Assembly: GCA_963698075.1 (NCBI GenBank)
Contig: OY969116.1
Span: 542,131-606,130, forward strand
Length of the DNA: 64,000 nucleotides
Direction: 5' to 3'
Origin: an uncultured Candidatus Berkelbacteria bacterium
Lineage (GTDB): Bacteria > Patescibacteriota > UBA1384 > UBA12157 > JAENIV01
Positions 9,049 through 19,199 of the stretch are shown here, piece after piece. The position numbers and the translations under genes were made by a program. The notes under the pieces are model-generated. The model saw nothing but the letters and a program-made list of their open reading frames with translations, had not been told where the DNA came from and made no database searches. Positions within the stretch are counted from its first letter, which is position 1; every line of letters starts with the position of its first letter.

Positions 9049-10770
9049 CTATTCTCTCGTTACTCTCAACACTTCATCTAACGTTGTCATGCCCGCTTCG
9101 ACTTTCCTAAAACCATCCTCAAGCATCGTCTTCATTCCTTCCTTAAGAGCTTGGGTTTTAATTTTTTCCGCCGGTGAATGGGCAACGGTTAAATTTTGGA
9201 TTGTTGTTGAAGTGGACAAAACTTCAAAAATGCCAATTCTACCGCGGAATCCCGAACCGCCACACTGCTCGCAACCTTTGCCTTTATAGATTTTAGTCGG
9301 CATTTTGATTCCATTTTCTCCACCAGAAAGCCCCGTAATTTGTTTTTTTAAATTTTCAATGTCTTTTTCGGAAACTTTGATCGACGTCACACAATTTTTA
9401 CAAATTTTTCTCACCAATCTTTGGGCAATCACTAAATTCAAAGTTGAGGCTAAAAGAAATGGTTCGACGCCAATGTCCAAGAGTCTCGGGATGGCGCCGG
9501 CGGCATCATTGGTGTGCAAGCTCGAAAGCAATAAATGACCAGTCAGGGCCGAATGAATAGCCATTTCAGCAGTTTCTTTGTCACGGATTTCGCCCACCAT
9601 CAAAATATCTGGGTCTTGGCGTAAGAGACTTCTCAAACCATCAGCAAAGTTGAGTCCAATTTTAGGATTAACCTGAATCTGATTAATTCTTTTAATGTCG
9701 TATTCGATTGGGTCCTCAATGGTGGAAATATTGACTTCCGGCCGGTTTAAGAGATGTAAAATCGTATACAAAGTCGTCGTTTTCCCCGAACCCGTCGGAC
9801 CGGTGGCCAGAATCATTCCATGCGGCCGCTCGATTGCTTCTTTGATAATTTTGAGATCTCTGGGAGACAAACCTAGTTCTTCTAAAGTCAAAAACCTTTC
9901 TGACTCCTCAAGCAAACGCATCACCACCTTTTCTCCATAAAAAGCGGGAATAATTGAGACACGAATCGCGGTACTATGATGTTCGCTTTCATAGCGAAAA
10001 CGGCCGTCTTGGGGAATCCGATGCTCATCAATTTTGAGGTCAGCCAGGATCTTCACTCTCGCCACTAAAGCCGGATGAATGGCAATTGGCAAATTAATAA
10101 TATCTCGAAGCAAGCCATCAACTCGAAAACGAATGATAAATTCTTTGGGGAGGCGTTCCATATGAATATCTGAGGCCCGTTGGGCAATTGCATATTCGAT
10201 GACCGTATCTAAAATATTGATCACCGGTAAATCTTTGGCGAGTTCGGCAATATTGCCTTGAGCCTTAGATTTCGCCACATTTTGCTCGATTATTTTGGTA
10301 AAATCCGAGGCAATCGATTTTTTATAAACTCCGAGGGCTTCGCGGAGATCGGTCTCCGTAGCAATAAAGGGAATTACTTTGAGGCCGGTATGTTTTTGGG
10401 CAAAATCAAGAGCATTGATGTCGCCTGGATCCGCCATGCCAAGCTTAAGGGCCTCCTGGCCATTTTGCTTTTCGCGGCCAAAAACAATCATTTTTCGAGC
10501 TTTGGCCATCTGTTCGGGAATTAGCTTGACGTCATCTTCAGAAATTTTGATTTTCCCCAAAGAGACAAATTGAACCCCAAAATAATCAGCTAAAATTTCC
10601 GCGAGATATTCTTCGGAAATATCGCCGTGTTCAACTAAAACATGACTGATATCACGATCAGTTTTTTGCGCCTCAGCTTCCGCCGAACTAAATTGCTTTT
10701 CATCGATAAAACCCGAGGCGAGCAAGGTTTTTTTTAATTCATCAGGGGTGATATGTAACATCTCATTCAA
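9049..10770 (-). CDS. pilB: Type IV pilus assembly ATPase PilB (GspE family)
   Basis: It has the Walker A GPTGSGKTTTLY, Asp/His boxes and a CxxC...CxxC tetracysteine motif (CKNC...CEQC), plus an N-terminal GspII domain. Confidence 0.9.
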   Translation of the reverse strand: MNEMLHITPDELKKTLLASGFIDEKQFSSAEAEAQKTDRDISHVLVEHGDISEEYLAEILADYFGVQFVSLGKIKISEDDVKLIPEQMAKARKMIVFGREKQNGQEALKLGMADPGDINALDFAQKHTGLKVIPFIATETDLREALGVYKKSIASDFTKIIEQNVAKSKAQGNIAELAKDLPVINILDTVIEYAIAQRASDIHMERLPKEFIIRFRVDGLLRDIINLPIAIHPALVARVKILADLKIDEHRIPQDGRFRYESEHHSTAIRVSIIPAFYGEKVVMRLLEESERFLTLEELGLSPRDLKIIKEAIERPHGMILATGPTGSGKTTTLYTILHLLNRPEVNISTIEDPIEYDIKRINQIQVNPKIGLNFADGLRSLLRQDPDILMVGEIRDKETAEMAIHSALTGHLLLSSLHTNDAAGAIPRLLDIGVEPFLLASTLNLVIAQRLVRKICKNCVTSIKVSEKDIENLKKQITGLSGGENGIKMPTKIYKGKGCEQCGGSGFRGRIGIFEVLSTSTTIQNLTVAHSPAEKIKTQALKEGMKTMLEDGFRKVEAGMTTLDEVLRVTRE

Positions 10771-11387
10771 ATTAATTTTGTCAAGCCGATTAAACTCAGA
10801 AAATTAATGTAAAAAGAAAAGTTACCAAGAACCAAAATAGCGAGACTTGTAAAGATTAAAAAAGGAGCGATTTTTAGACGCTCGTTCAAAAGATGCTTAC
10901 CAAAGACTAAACTTTGAAAGATTTGAAAAATTATCATTAAAATCAACGCCGCCACAATCAAAACAATAAGATTGGGAAAACCGACAATGAATACGGTTAA
11001 TAAAATCACCAACCAATCAGCTTCTTCAAAAAATGGACGCTTGACGAGGTGAGCAACAAGAAGAACAACGGCGACAAGAACAAAATCAATTGCGATCGTC
11101 ACCACCAAAGGCAAGAGATAATTGGCCCAAACATTATCGACAAAAAAAGAAGTCCCTTTACCAGGCAACAAATAAATTCCCAGGGTACTTTTTTTAAGCT
11201 GCCAATAAAAGATAAAGACGCGAGCTAAAAGTTGAAGGATGTAGGCGGCAACAATTACGATTGTCCATTTTTTCAAGAATTTAACCTGAATTTCGCCAGC
11301 AAGGATAATCTGACGAAACAAAATTATCAATAAAATCACCGCTAGTATTTGCGGAATCCAAAAAACTATCTGGTCAATCCAGATCAT
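10767..11387 (-). CDS. pilD: Prepilin peptidase PilD-like (A24 family) polytopic membrane protein
   Basis: A 206-aa protein with about six TM helices, sitting between pilA and pilB. Its start overlaps the pilB stop. Confidence 0.55.
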   Translation of the reverse strand: MIWIDQIVFWIPQILAVILLIILFRQIILAGEIQVKFLKKWTIVIVAAYILQLLARVFIFYWQLKKSTLGIYLLPGKGTSFFVDNVWANYLLPLVVTIAIDFVLVAVVLLVAHLVKRPFFEEADWLVILLTVFIVGFPNLIVLIVAALILMIIFQIFQSLVFGKHLLNERLKIAPFLIFTSLAILVLGNFSFYINFLSLIGLTKLI

Positions 11388-11391
11388 CTCT

Positions 11392-11470
11392 GCCCCTCCG
11401 CTCCTGAGTCCCGCCTCCGGCGGGAGCTCAGGAAGCCCCGCTAATGACGCTCCTGTGTGATTGAATGTAA
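11392..11470. repeat. Hairpin-containing repeat, copy 1 (between pilA stop and pilD start)
   Basis: gctcctgagtcccgcctccggcgggagctcaggaagccccgc is homologous to 12058-12110 and also includes a ccccgc...gcgggg long-range stem. Confidence 0.6.
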
Positions 11471-11523
11471 TTCAATAAACAGGAAGGAATTTTGCGGGGC
11501 ACGTGAATCTCAACTTATTTTAT

Positions 11524-12051
11524 TTACGGCAGTATCGTTAAATCCGTGCCCACTTCATAGCGAGCATTGTTATTACCACCATCAGCTGACTCTTTGGGAG
11601 TGTTATCAGTACTTTCAAAAACGCAGTCAATTTCGTAAGTTTTGTTGGCCACGGAAACGCCAAAACGATAATTGTGGTTCGCATCATTGGTCGGATCGAG
11701 CGGCAAAGCAGCAATTGGCGCTCCCGAAGAGACCGCGGTAAAGTCAAGTCCGGTAATCCAGCCTGTGCCGTCGTTCTTCTTCATGGCATTGGCCGAACCA
11801 ACAATCGGGAAGGTGCTGTAGGGTCCTGCCATTCCGGCAAAGTCATGGCTATCCGCCAAATAAAGATTGACCGACGTCGCCAGCGACGTCATATCAGAAA
11901 ATCGCTGCGAATCGCGGGATTTTTCCAAAATCCTTGCCGGGTTGATGGCAATGACAATAATAATTGCCAAAATCGCAATAATGGCAATGACAATTAAGAG
12001 CTCGATGAGGGTAAAACCTCTCCCATTAGATCTTTCTTGTACCAAATCCAC
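11524..12051 (-). CDS. pilA: Major type IV pilin (PilA-like)
   Basis: RGFTLIELLIVIAIIAILAIIIV is a canonical class III signal. The gene has a strong RBS (aggagg) and is a stand-alone highly expressed-type gene. Confidence 0.8.
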   Translation of the reverse strand: MDLVQERSNGRGFTLIELLIVIAIIAILAIIIVIAINPARILEKSRDSQRFSDMTSLATSVNLYLADSHDFAGMAGPYSTFPIVGSANAMKKNDGTGWITGLDFTAVSSGAPIAALPLDPTNDANHNYRFGVSVANKTYEIDCVFESTDNTPKESADGGNNNARYEVGTDLTILP

Positions 12052-12130
12052 CTCCTTCGCTCCTGAATTTCGCTTCTGCGATAGCAGAAAGAAAGTTCAG
12101 GAAGCCCCGCACCTGGCGCTTCTGCAATAA
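12052..12130. repeat. Hairpin-containing repeat, copy 2 (5' leader of pilA)
   Basis: gctcctgaatttcgcttctgcgatagcagaaagaaagttcaggaagccccgc has the same ctga-hairpin-tcaggaagccccgc architecture as 11392-11470. Confidence 0.6.
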
Positions 12131-12195
12131 CAGGACGTAGTCCGTTTTGCAGAAAGGAATGGTGCTGGGGTAATTATTTTTACTTGTAAATTTTA

Positions 12196-12591
12196 CTACT
12201 TTTTCTGTTCCGCTAAAAATGTCTCGACTTTTTTCACCACTTGTTGTGGGGTAACGTCGGTTTTAACCAGATAATCAACCGCGCCAAGTTTGAAACACTC
12301 AAAGACCGCGTCTTCTTGACCAAAATTGGTCAATAAGATCACCGGCGTGGTAAAAGTCGCTGGTTGGCTGCGAAGTTTCTTAAATAAAGCCAGGCCATCG
12401 AGTTTGGGCAGCATAATGTCAAGCAAAATCAAGTCAGCTTTTTCTTTGGTCGCCTTTTCCATGCCTTCGAGACCATCGTAGGCAACTATCACATCATAAC
12501 CATCAGAGACGAATTTACGCTCATACATTTTTACCAGCGTGACATCATCTTCAATGAAAAGAATCTTGGCTTTAGCCATTTTGTTCCTCAA
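12196..12591 (-). CDS. Stand-alone response-regulator receiver domain (CheY-like)
   Basis: ILFIEDD...LILLDIMLPKLDG...K. The Asp pocket and phospho-acceptor Asp are conserved, and there is no output domain. Confidence 0.8.
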   Translation of the reverse strand: MRNKMAKAKILFIEDDVTLVKMYERKFVSDGYDVIVAYDGLEGMEKATKEKADLILLDIMLPKLDGLALFKKLRSQPATFTTPVILLTNFGQEDAVFECFKLGAVDYLVKTDVTPQQVVKKVETFLAEQKK

Positions 12592-12710
12592 ACTAATTGT
12601 ACGATAAATAATCCAAAATGCAAAGTTGATTAGCGCTTTTACGGCACTGTAATACTCACCTGGCTGGCGTTCGAATAATCACCCGCGCGATATTTTATGA
12701 TGCTTCAACT

Positions 12711-14471
12711 CTAGCTATTATCCTCAAAGCTGGGATTAGTTAAGGGTAAATATTGAGCCGCATCGAGTTTAAAAGTAAAACCTTGAGCCCAACAACCGGT
12801 TAGTTGAATCGGCGCATTCTCAATTTTTTGTAACCCAGAGTCATCAGGCGGGTAAATGTTGACTGTCAGGTTTTTAGGAAAACTTTCCCCTATTTCATTT
12901 TTCTCCGGCAATAGAATCGATCCGTCTGAATCTGTGGTTCCTGAAAACCCTGAAAATAAATCGGGATATTTTTCAATTAACTCATTAGCTAAAGTTGATC
13001 CATTTAATTCAACTTTAGCATTTGGAACCGGTTCTCCTGTTAGGGCATTATCAATATTGATCTGTAAATAAGATACATGAGTGCGGAAAGTCAAATTTTT
13101 CTTTATTTGGGTAACCCCGGGATCGACAATCACCTCGTCTTGGACCCAAACCATCCATTCGTCAGCTTTAATCTGATAGGTTGTCGGAACTTGACTGGCA
13201 GGAACTGAAATTAGATAAACTATTTCCGTACCAATATAGTCGAAGTTTTCATCTAAAATAGCTCTTCTGGTTTTTAAAGCCCCATAAGTATTGCTTCCAT
13301 TCATGGCAACAAGCGTCATATGTTCGAGTTCGCTATTGATTGCTTCAATTGCATCAAAATTAGCTGCTTCATCTTCAGGTTTAATTATCCCCTCTTCAAG
13401 TAAAATCTTGGAAAGAACACTACTCATTATTGTGCAATCTTCTGGGCATTCCTCGCTTGGCATAATTAACTCGCCGGTGATTAGAACATCACCGTGGTAC
13501 TTTAAAGGGATTGGTGCATTAGGAATATTAACAAATATTAAGCTCGCTACAATCTGACCTTCAGAATTATCGAACCCCGAGTCTGTAGGTGGGGTAACCC
13601 AATAACTATAATGAATACCGGCGAGTTCGGTGACAAAAGTTTGAATTGGCCAGCTTTTAACAAATCTATATTCTACTTGTCCAGTAGTGGAATTGTAAGT
13701 TGCTGTCCCATCAGCCAGGACTGTGCCGTCGTCCAGCCGAAATTCGACTTTCGAGCCATCAAGTTTTTCGATCGGGTCAGTACTCTTTTGCCCTTCCAAT
13801 GTTCCGCTAAATAATACACTAATATTTTGATTAGTATTCCAAACCAGATAGGCCGCCGCTTGAGCCCGGGTGATCGGTAATCCATCGGAATAAGGCGAAA
13901 GATCACCAGAATAATTTGGTGGGACGACCAACGCCGCGGGATCGACGTTGAGCGCTTTGCTCAGCCATAATAGAAAATCGCCTTTGGTGACGGTATTCGA
14001 GGGGTAAAACACACAATGTCCCAATGGATCGGACGAACATTGGATTATTTGGCGCTGAAAGGCAGCTTGAATAAAACCCCAGGACCAGTAATCCGTCGGG
14101 ACATCGTCGAAAATTTGGGTCATGGGACAGGATATTTGCGGATCATCGGGAAAAGGATAATCATTAATACAGGAGGGAATTTTAGCCGTTCGCAAGATAT
14201 AAATGATCGCCTGATCCCGGTTCATTTGCAAGGCTGGGCGATAAGTGTCATCTGGATATCCACCTAAAATTTTGTTTTGAACCGATGAATGGGAATACCA
14301 GTAAAACCAATCCGAAGAGATTACATCGGAAAACCCTTGATAGTCAGTGGCGGTCGGTATAACTGTTGCTATGGACCGATTTTTAAATCTTATGATCAAA
14401 AAACCACCGGCTACCAAAATGACCATGAGTATGCCAATAATAATTTTTCTTTTGGATAAATTTATTTTCAT
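12711..14471 (-). CDS. Secreted SLH-domain surface protein
   Basis: It has a signal/TM segment and one SLH-like motif (GYPDDTYRPALQMNRDQAI), followed by a large extracellular region. Confidence 0.6.
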   Translation of the reverse strand: MKINLSKRKIIIGILMVILVAGGFLIIRFKNRSIATVIPTATDYQGFSDVISSDWFYWYSHSSVQNKILGGYPDDTYRPALQMNRDQAIIYILRTAKIPSCINDYPFPDDPQISCPMTQIFDDVPTDYWSWGFIQAAFQRQIIQCSSDPLGHCVFYPSNTVTKGDFLLWLSKALNVDPAALVVPPNYSGDLSPYSDGLPITRAQAAAYLVWNTNQNISVLFSGTLEGQKSTDPIEKLDGSKVEFRLDDGTVLADGTATYNSTTGQVEYRFVKSWPIQTFVTELAGIHYSYWVTPPTDSGFDNSEGQIVASLIFVNIPNAPIPLKYHGDVLITGELIMPSEECPEDCTIMSSVLSKILLEEGIIKPEDEAANFDAIEAINSELEHMTLVAMNGSNTYGALKTRRAILDENFDYIGTEIVYLISVPASQVPTTYQIKADEWMVWVQDEVIVDPGVTQIKKNLTFRTHVSYLQINIDNALTGEPVPNAKVELNGSTLANELIEKYPDLFSGFSGTTDSDGSILLPEKNEIGESFPKNLTVNIYPPDDSGLQKIENAPIQLTGCWAQGFTFKLDAAQYLPLTNPSFEDNS

Positions 14472-14645
14472 TTTAATTTTAAAAAGATTAAGATTTTAAT
14501 TTTTAAGATATTCAATGCCAAGGAGTAGCTACTTCGCCCCCTTCAAGTTGGATAGCATCCCAATAAACGGTGTCAGTTGGAATCGCCCCATTACTTAAAA
14601 GATGAATTCTGGCTTTACTGGTGGCAGTGGCGGTAAAAGTGACGC

Positions 14646-16691
14646 TTAATCTTTCCCACTGATCGAAAGTTTTCCCCCTGAAGAAAAGACTTGATTGACA
14701 TTTTGCGTGTCATGAACCCAAAGAATAGGCACGGCGTTGGCGCCGTTCTTGCGAAAGACATAAGCGGAGATGGTATATTTATTACCATTCTTTAAATAAG
14801 AAGGCGTATCTTGGTAGGAATAATCTTGACCGTTGCTATAAAACACCATTTTTAAAGATTGACTGCCGTCAAAAGCTTGATCTTTCGAGATTAAGGAACT
14901 TGAATGTCCCAAGACTGAAGATTTCCAACCCTTCAAAATCCGAGTGTGAAAAAACCGACAATCGCCTGTTCCTTTTCCCGCCGTATTAATGGCATAAGCA
15001 CGGTAAGAATAATCAGTATCTTGGGCAAGATCCCTGACATCGATTGAATATGTCCCGCTATTATAGGGGCCCGATTTTTGTTTTGGATATTGAATAATGG
15101 TCCCACCACAGCTTTTCCCATTATAAAGATAAAATCCTCGTTCGGTCGGTTGAGTAATACCAATAGATGTAATATTGCCATTTAAGGTAGAACCGTTTAT
15201 TTGAAGGTTAGAGGCATCCAGGGTGCTTAAAGTTGGCACCGCTTTTAAGGTTTTAAACGATTGGCAAGCGCTAATCCCCTCAAGAGGGGTTTTGGAATAG
15301 GCCTTATAAGAATAGATTGAATCTGGACTGAGTTGAAAAACATCGGCATTGTATTTGCCCAAAGTGGCATTAGGACCGGTCACCTTCGGATTTCGGACCA
15401 CGCTGCCAGTACAGTCATTACTGCTGTAAAGATAAAAACCTCGTTCGGTTATTTGGTCATAGCCAAGGCTCGTCAAGTTTCCGTTTAAAGTCGCACTGTT
15501 AAAGGAAATATTGGTGGCTGGATCAGCAATAATGACTGGGATAAAAGCCTTGCTCATAAAGGAGGCGGCTTGAGCGCGGGTAAGATTTTCAGTTGGATGG
15601 AAAGTGCCATCCGGGTAGCCGCTGATAATTCCCATTTTGGCTAAATATTCAATATATTTGTAGGCCCAATAAGTTGTGGGTACATCTTTAAAAGTTGGGG
15701 TTGTCGGACCAGCCGGAACTTTGGAGTCTACGCCAGCTAACGCTCGAGCCAACAAAGTTGCCATTTGGTCCCGGGTCATATTGGTAGTCGGATTGTAGTT
15801 TAAGGCGGGAAGAATAATACTTTTAATTTGGAGATACTGGATGTATTTATAGGCCCAGTAGGATGACGGCACATCGTTAAAGGGCGATTGATAATCAGTG
15901 ATAGAGGAACCGAGATCCAATTGCACGGCATCATAATAAATTGAGCCGTAGGCCCGATCAGTGACGGCGCGGATCCTAACACTGGTGGTTGCCGCTCCGG
16001 TTTTAAAACTGCAACTGACTCTTCTCCAGGAACCGCGACCAGCCGTGGCATTGGTATAGGCATGACATTCTTCGGGGATATCACTTAAATCAAAATATGC
16101 CCCACCAGAACCGGAGGCAATGAAGATATATCCGGAAAGGGCGTAGGTGGTATTGGGACTAACGGCAATCGAGTCTGATTGACTGGCCACCGAAATCGGC
16201 GAATAGTTATTGAGAAACCTTAGTGAAGCAGAACCGATAAAGGCTTTACTGGTTACTCGTAACATCCACTGGGAGCCACCCCAGATAGGGACACTCCAAT
16301 TGGCAGGCAGCTGGGTGTAGCCGGAAACATTATTTTCAAAGCTTGAATTCAAAACTGTCGCGGTCGGGGCAACTTTAACGTTTGCGTCTGATCCGGCGAG
16401 TGCTCGGCTAAGGAAAGCCGCGGCCTGATCCCGAGTGACCACCTGCTCGGGCCTGAAGGTGCTGTCCGGATAACCTTGGATAATGCCGGCGTGATTGGCA
16501 GCCTCAATTTGAGAGTAAGCCCAGTAACTCGGCGGGACATCAGAAAAAGATTGACCGGCAACCGTTTTGAGGCGAGGCAAGAATTTACCTGATTTTACCT
16601 GCCAGCCAAAAACCCCGAGACAAATTAAAACCATCACCCCAAAGAAAACGAGGATCACTTTTTTTCTCACCGAAATTTCTGACCAAAACAT
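14646..16691 (-). CDS. S-layer-like protein with three SLH domains followed by Ig/fibronectin-like repeats. A 3' frameshift is possible, with a continuing frame reaching 14523.
   Basis: There are three SLH repeats (FSDVPPSYWAYSQIEAANHAGIIQGYPDSTFRP..., FKDVPTTYWAYKYIEYLAKMGIISGYPDGTFHP...). After the stop, another frame encodes a plausible C-terminus ...DTVYWDAIQLEGGEVATPWH. Confidence 0.7.
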   Translation of the reverse strand: MFWSEISVRKKVILVFFGVMVLICLGVFGWQVKSGKFLPRLKTVAGQSFSDVPPSYWAYSQIEAANHAGIIQGYPDSTFRPEQVVTRDQAAAFLSRALAGSDANVKVAPTATVLNSSFENNVSGYTQLPANWSVPIWGGSQWMLRVTSKAFIGSASLRFLNNYSPISVASQSDSIAVSPNTTYALSGYIFIASGSGGAYFDLSDIPEECHAYTNATAGRGSWRRVSCSFKTGAATTSVRIRAVTDRAYGSIYYDAVQLDLGSSITDYQSPFNDVPSSYWAYKYIQYLQIKSIILPALNYNPTTNMTRDQMATLLARALAGVDSKVPAGPTTPTFKDVPTTYWAYKYIEYLAKMGIISGYPDGTFHPTENLTRAQAASFMSKAFIPVIIADPATNISFNSATLNGNLTSLGYDQITERGFYLYSSNDCTGSVVRNPKVTGPNATLGKYNADVFQLSPDSIYSYKAYSKTPLEGISACQSFKTLKAVPTLSTLDASNLQINGSTLNGNITSIGITQPTERGFYLYNGKSCGGTIIQYPKQKSGPYNSGTYSIDVRDLAQDTDYSYRAYAINTAGKGTGDCRFFHTRILKGWKSSVLGHSSSLISKDQAFDGSQSLKMVFYSNGQDYSYQDTPSYLKNGNKYTISAYVFRKNGANAVPILWVHDTQNVNQVFSSGGKLSISGKD

Positions 16692-16708
16692 TTCCCCTCT
16701 TTATTACT

Positions 16709-18817
16709 TTATACCATCGGTAAACTAAAATGGAAGGTTGAACCTTTGCCTTCAACCGACTCCACCCAAATCTTCCCGCCTTGTCTTTCCACCAATTGCT
16801 TGGTAATCCAAAGGCCTAAACCAGTGCCGGTAATTCGGCGAGTTTTATCGGTTTTAACGCGATAAAATTTTTCAAATAATTTTTCCTGACCTTCTTTAGA
16901 AATCCCCATGCCAGTATCTTCGACCGCGACAATCACTTCGTGCTCATTTTTACCCAAGGCGACAGTGACGCTGCCGTGCTCGGTATATTTAATGGCATTG
17001 CCGACCAAATTAATTAAAATCTGCCGCGTTCTTTCTGGATCGGCTTTGACTTGTTCCATTTCGTGTTTTTCAAATCTTAATTGTAAATTTTTATCTTTGG
17101 CTTGAATTTGGAGCTCTTTGACCACTTCCTCAATTAATTTAACAATGTCCATGGGAATTGGTTTGAGCTCAATTCTCCCCTGCTCAATCCGGCCGACATT
17201 TAACAAATCATCAACCAAATCGGCCAAGCGCTGATTGATTTTGATAATTTCTTCAATCATTTCTTTGAGTTCGCCTGATATCGGTCCAGCATCTCCTGTC
17301 AAAATCATATCCAAATAACCCTTAATCCCGGTAATGGGCGTCCGGAGTTCATGAGTAGCAATGGAGATAAGTTCCTGTTTCATTTGCTCGACTTCCAACT
17401 CATGGGTAATGTCGCGGAAAACGACAATTGCTCCCATTACTTTGTCATCGGCATCGCGCGTTGCCGCCACTGAAAGGTAAGCCGGAAAAAGGGTCCCGTC
17501 CCTCTTTTTAAGATAGATTTCTGATAAGGCCAGTTTTTTGCCGTCGGTCAAAACTTTAGGAATGGGCGAATCTTTGTCCTCAATCAGTTTGTTTTCTTTG
17601 TTCCATATCCCCAGTGTCTCTTTGATTGTTTTGCCGAGCAATTCCTCCTGTAAGTAACCTGTGATTTGTTCGCCGGAGGGATTAAGTAAAATAATTTTCT
17701 CAAGTTTATCGACGGCCAAAACCCCTTCGCCAATCGAGGATAAAAGGGCGGAGTCTTTTTTGCGTTCTTCTTCAATTTCCCTTAACATTTTCGAGGAAGT
17801 GACGACCACCGCTGCCTGTGAAGAAAGAATCATAAAAAGCCGCAAGTCATCCTCATGAAAATTGTTTTCTTTTTGGGAAAAAACATGAATTACGCCCAAT
17901 GTTTGTGATTTCACTTTCAAGGGGGCCGCCAAAATACTCTTTACCTCATTGAGACCAGCTCGGCGTAAAACTTGTGTCGTTTCTTCGTCGAGCCTGTTGA
18001 GCATTATGGGGATGCCTTTACAGAATGATTGGCCAGTGACGCCTTCATCGGGTCGGGTGCGAAAATCTTTCATTTGCGTCTCGGTCAAGCCAAAAGCCGG
18101 TTTCACCGCTCGGAGTAATTTTTCCTGGCCGTCATATAAAACTAAGGCTCCCTTGTCTGCACGAAGAGTCCGGGTGATTAAACCAATAATTGAAAAAAGA
18201 GTTTCTTCAAAATCAAACAAAGTCGAAATGCTTTTGGAAAGTTCGTTCAAAGCCTCGAGCTCGGCCAAGCGTTTGCGATTCTCTTCTAAAAGCTCGGCCG
18301 AACGGATACTGGCGATCGCCACAGCCGCTTGATTGGCAATCGAGGAAAATAAATTAACGTCTTTGGCGGCAAAATTTCTTTCTTTACGCGTAAAAACGCT
18401 CATGACCCCAATGGTTTGGCTGCGGACCATCATCGGCACTGTCACTAAAGAATGCATCGTCTCTGACAAGACTTTTGAAGCCACTTTTTCTTTGGTAAGA
18501 TCAGTGATTATTTTTGGCTGGCGTGATTTAACCACCCCCCAAGAGACTCCGCCCTTACTCGCGTGAATCGGCGGCTCTTTCATAATCTCTTCGCCCATGC
18601 CAATCGCCACTCGGCGAACTAAAAAATCCCCTTCTAAAGTCATTAAAGTCCCGGCATCAACATTGAGGGCCTTAAGGACCACTTCCAGTAAAGGTTCCCA
18701 AAGACTAGGAAGATCTTTGGCCTCGGCAATTATTTTTGAGATCCGATACCACGTGTCTAAAACAATTTTTAAATCATCCCCTGATTGTTCCGCCATTCCC
18801 CTCCTACTTTTTTTCAA
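16709..18817 (-). CDS. Sensor histidine kinase (GAF-GAF-PAS-HisKA-HATPase_c), cytoplasmic
   Basis: It has an H-box HELRTPITGIKGY and a G-box GTGLGLWITKQLVERQGG, with no TM segments. Confidence 0.85.
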   Translation of the reverse strand: MKKSRRGMAEQSGDDLKIVLDTWYRISKIIAEAKDLPSLWEPLLEVVLKALNVDAGTLMTLEGDFLVRRVAIGMGEEIMKEPPIHASKGGVSWGVVKSRQPKIITDLTKEKVASKVLSETMHSLVTVPMMVRSQTIGVMSVFTRKERNFAAKDVNLFSSIANQAAVAIASIRSAELLEENRKRLAELEALNELSKSISTLFDFEETLFSIIGLITRTLRADKGALVLYDGQEKLLRAVKPAFGLTETQMKDFRTRPDEGVTGQSFCKGIPIMLNRLDEETTQVLRRAGLNEVKSILAAPLKVKSQTLGVIHVFSQKENNFHEDDLRLFMILSSQAAVVVTSSKMLREIEEERKKDSALLSSIGEGVLAVDKLEKIILLNPSGEQITGYLQEELLGKTIKETLGIWNKENKLIEDKDSPIPKVLTDGKKLALSEIYLKKRDGTLFPAYLSVAATRDADDKVMGAIVVFRDITHELEVEQMKQELISIATHELRTPITGIKGYLDMILTGDAGPISGELKEMIEEIIKINQRLADLVDDLLNVGRIEQGRIELKPIPMDIVKLIEEVVKELQIQAKDKNLQLRFEKHEMEQVKADPERTRQILINLVGNAIKYTEHGSVTVALGKNEHEVIVAVEDTGMGISKEGQEKLFEKFYRVKTDKTRRITGTGLGLWITKQLVERQGGKIWVESVEGKGSTFHFSLPMV

Positions 18818-19184
18818 TCGCCTTTTCTACCATCGCCACCACATCCCTGGAGCTGGTTTTGTATTTTACTAAATAATCCTTGACCCCCAGGCGTTTCGCT
18901 TCCTCAATAAAAATTTCCGAAGTGCCAAGATTGGTCAAAATCACAATCGGAATGTTGCGGGTGGTCTCCTCTTGCTTAAGGTTTCTAATCACGGCAAAGC
19001 CATCAATAGCAGGCATCATGATGTCCAATAAAATACAATTAGGTTTTTCCCTGGACGCTGCAGCCATGCCCTCACCACCAGAATAAGCTGCTACCACCTG
19101 ATAACCGTCGTACTCAAATTTTTTGGAGTACATCCGCACCAACACGACGTCGTCCTCAATAATTAAAATTTTTCCTTTAGCCAT
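18804..19184 (-). CDS. Stand-alone response-regulator receiver domain
   Basis: ILIIEDD...ILLDIMMPAIDG...K. Its stop overlaps the kinase start by 14 nt, indicating translational coupling. Confidence 0.8.
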   Translation of the reverse strand: MAKGKILIIEDDVVLVRMYSKKFEYDGYQVVAAYSGGEGMAAASREKPNCILLDIMMPAIDGFAVIRNLKQEETTRNIPIVILTNLGTSEIFIEEAKRLGVKDYLVKYKTSSRDVVAMVEKAIEKK

Positions 19185-19199
19185 ATAGCCTCCGGTTAG

